Of a stretch of DNA of 64,000 bases, positions 62,327 through 64,000 are shown in pieces. The DNA lies in contig JASANG010000273.1 in assembly GCA_030248215.1 (NCBI GenBank), positions 186,001 through 250,000 on the forward strand, read 5' to 3'. Each line of letters begins with the position of its first letter. The stretch's first letter is position 1. The notes beneath the pieces were generated by a model that worked only from the letters and a program-made list of their open reading frames with translations, was not told the origin of the DNA and ran no database searches. Made by a program: the position numbers and the translations under genes. This DNA is from Enoplolaimus lenunculus (taxonomy: Eukaryota).

Positions 62327-63135
62327 CAGGGTGCGACCGGATAGCAAAAACTGACGGAGCCGGAGCCGGATAATCTGATTTCCGGCCGGAGCCGGAGCCG
62401 GAGAGTTAATTCGATTGTTTATTTAATCCCATATTCCTTTATAAGTTAATAGTTTGTATTCTGGTTTCTTAAAGCATATTACTCTTTGAATTACTGGATG
62501 AGTGCACTAATTATGGGTTTTTTCGTAAATTAATAGCCTATCACTCAAAAATTACCGCAAACACATACATTTTTTAATTATATATTTCCACAAATAACTG
62601 AAACTCAAGCAAAAAACTAAAATAAAGTATCAATGTAGCATTCAGATATCAGAACGTAACTCACAATTCTTGCTTCCGCGGCCTATATTAAAAGTGATTT
62701 CGAGACAAAGATTAACACTTTAACAATGAATCTATTCCTTTATTCTGTTTATGTAACGTTGCGTTCAGTTGAAATATTTGTTTGGCCCGTCTTACTTTTA
62801 CGGTCGGACATCCAGTTTATGTAAGATACTATAAAATAGAGGTGTATGTAGCTTAGAATTCAAAGCTATTGTTTCGCTTAAGCTTAGTTTTGACTTATCT
62901 TCATGTTAACTGCAAGGTAAAGTACAAAGTGGCCGGCATGCCACCAGAGGCCTAACCGGAATTTTGGAATGGGAGCTACGATCTGAGAAAAAATTTCGAA
63001 TGGGACGTTACACTTGTTCTCAACTGAATTAATCGCCGTAAGATTGAAGCAAAACAAATATCCGGCAAGAAAAAATACCGGAGCCGGAGCCGGATGCCGA
63101 TTTTTAGCCGGAGCCGGCTATCCGGTCGCACCCTG
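62327..63135. mobile_element. Non-autonomous hAT element (809 bp)
   Basis: Perfect 19-bp TIR CAGGGTGCGACCGGATAGC, perfect 8-bp TSD ATATGTAT (62319-26 and 63136-43) and subterminal GCCGGA repeats. Degenerate relatives occur at about 2770-3004, 7290-7327 and 59380-59700. Confidence 0.93.
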
Positions 63136-64000
63136 ATATGTATGCAGATATAAATACATAGTTTTACGATATCATATTTTGAACCTTTGCTCATTGGTGA
63201 ACCTAATCTGCCATTTAGGGCCAACTGGAATATTGGTAATTTACAGTATTTACCAAAATAATTAAAAAAATACAACTTTTGTACGCACTCCCTTGATTAG
63301 TAGCAGTTTCTCAGCGGACGACTATAGTCCGTTGCTCGAAATAGGGGGGGTTGGCAAAAATTTACGAGGGTCATTTATAGATTTCAAATAGGGTACAAAG
63401 GGGCAAAACATTTTCCAGGATGGCCAAAAAATTTAATATGAAGGGTGAACTCGCCCTGTGCTCATTCCCACCGGGTACGCATCAGTCCCAGCGATTATTT
63501 TACACAAAAATGGCAGTTTTTAAAATATTATAAACTATTTTTTGTGTTTAAATTGACTTTTTTAAAACTCAAAACATTGACATTAATATCGTGACAGAAT
63601 TTGCCACGGCGTCATTTTTTTACTTCAAATTCTGACATACCCAGGGTTTTAATAGATGAAAGCGTTTAAATATTTTATAATTTTAATATGTCCAAAGGTT
63701 CGTAACCAGGAATTTTTACCAGGGAGGAAACAGAGTGATTTTCAATAGTTGAGGAATGAAAAAATTTTAGCGTAGAATTTTTTCGAGGCAGGCGAAAGCG
63801 TTTTATGCGAGGGTAGCGGTCAACGATGTCTACCGAGTAGCAGCTCCACCGCGGTTGCTTCCTCACCGTAGTTGTGGTACTGGAGCGGCTGGGTGAAAAT
63901 TGTTTACGAGCAATTTTAAGGGTCAAGGAAAAGCGATTTTGAGTTCGAAAATATCACAAATAATCAAAAATTATTATTTCGTAGACCAGCACTTGGAATT

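Overview
AT-rich, repeat-dense eukaryotic (invertebrate animal) genomic DNA. Abundant TTAGGC-type repeats hint at a nematode, which is an inference only. The centrepiece is a young ~8.7 kb Ty3/Gypsy-like LTR element (21774-30440) with a tRNA-Trp-type PBS, a PPT and LTRs about 99% identical. It encodes only a very large Gag-like protein: a capsid-like region, two CCHC knuckles and ~750 aa of charged/coiled-coil extension, with no recognisable protease, RT, RNase H or integrase. Its 1.5 kb leader and its LTR carry tandem arrays of stem-loops with compensatory base changes between copies, and it sits inside a TA-flanked MITE. Other content: an internally deleted piggyBac transposase, a decayed CR1/L2-like LINE RT, a Merlin (IS1595-like) transposase relic, a piggyBac-type MITE enclosing a tRNA-like Pol III head, many hAT-type MITEs with 8-bp TSDs, a TTAGGC-carrying MITE family, mini- and microsatellites, and probable exons of an unidentified minus-strand host gene near the right end. 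Most short ORFs in the track are spurious. All alignments and folds were done by eye.
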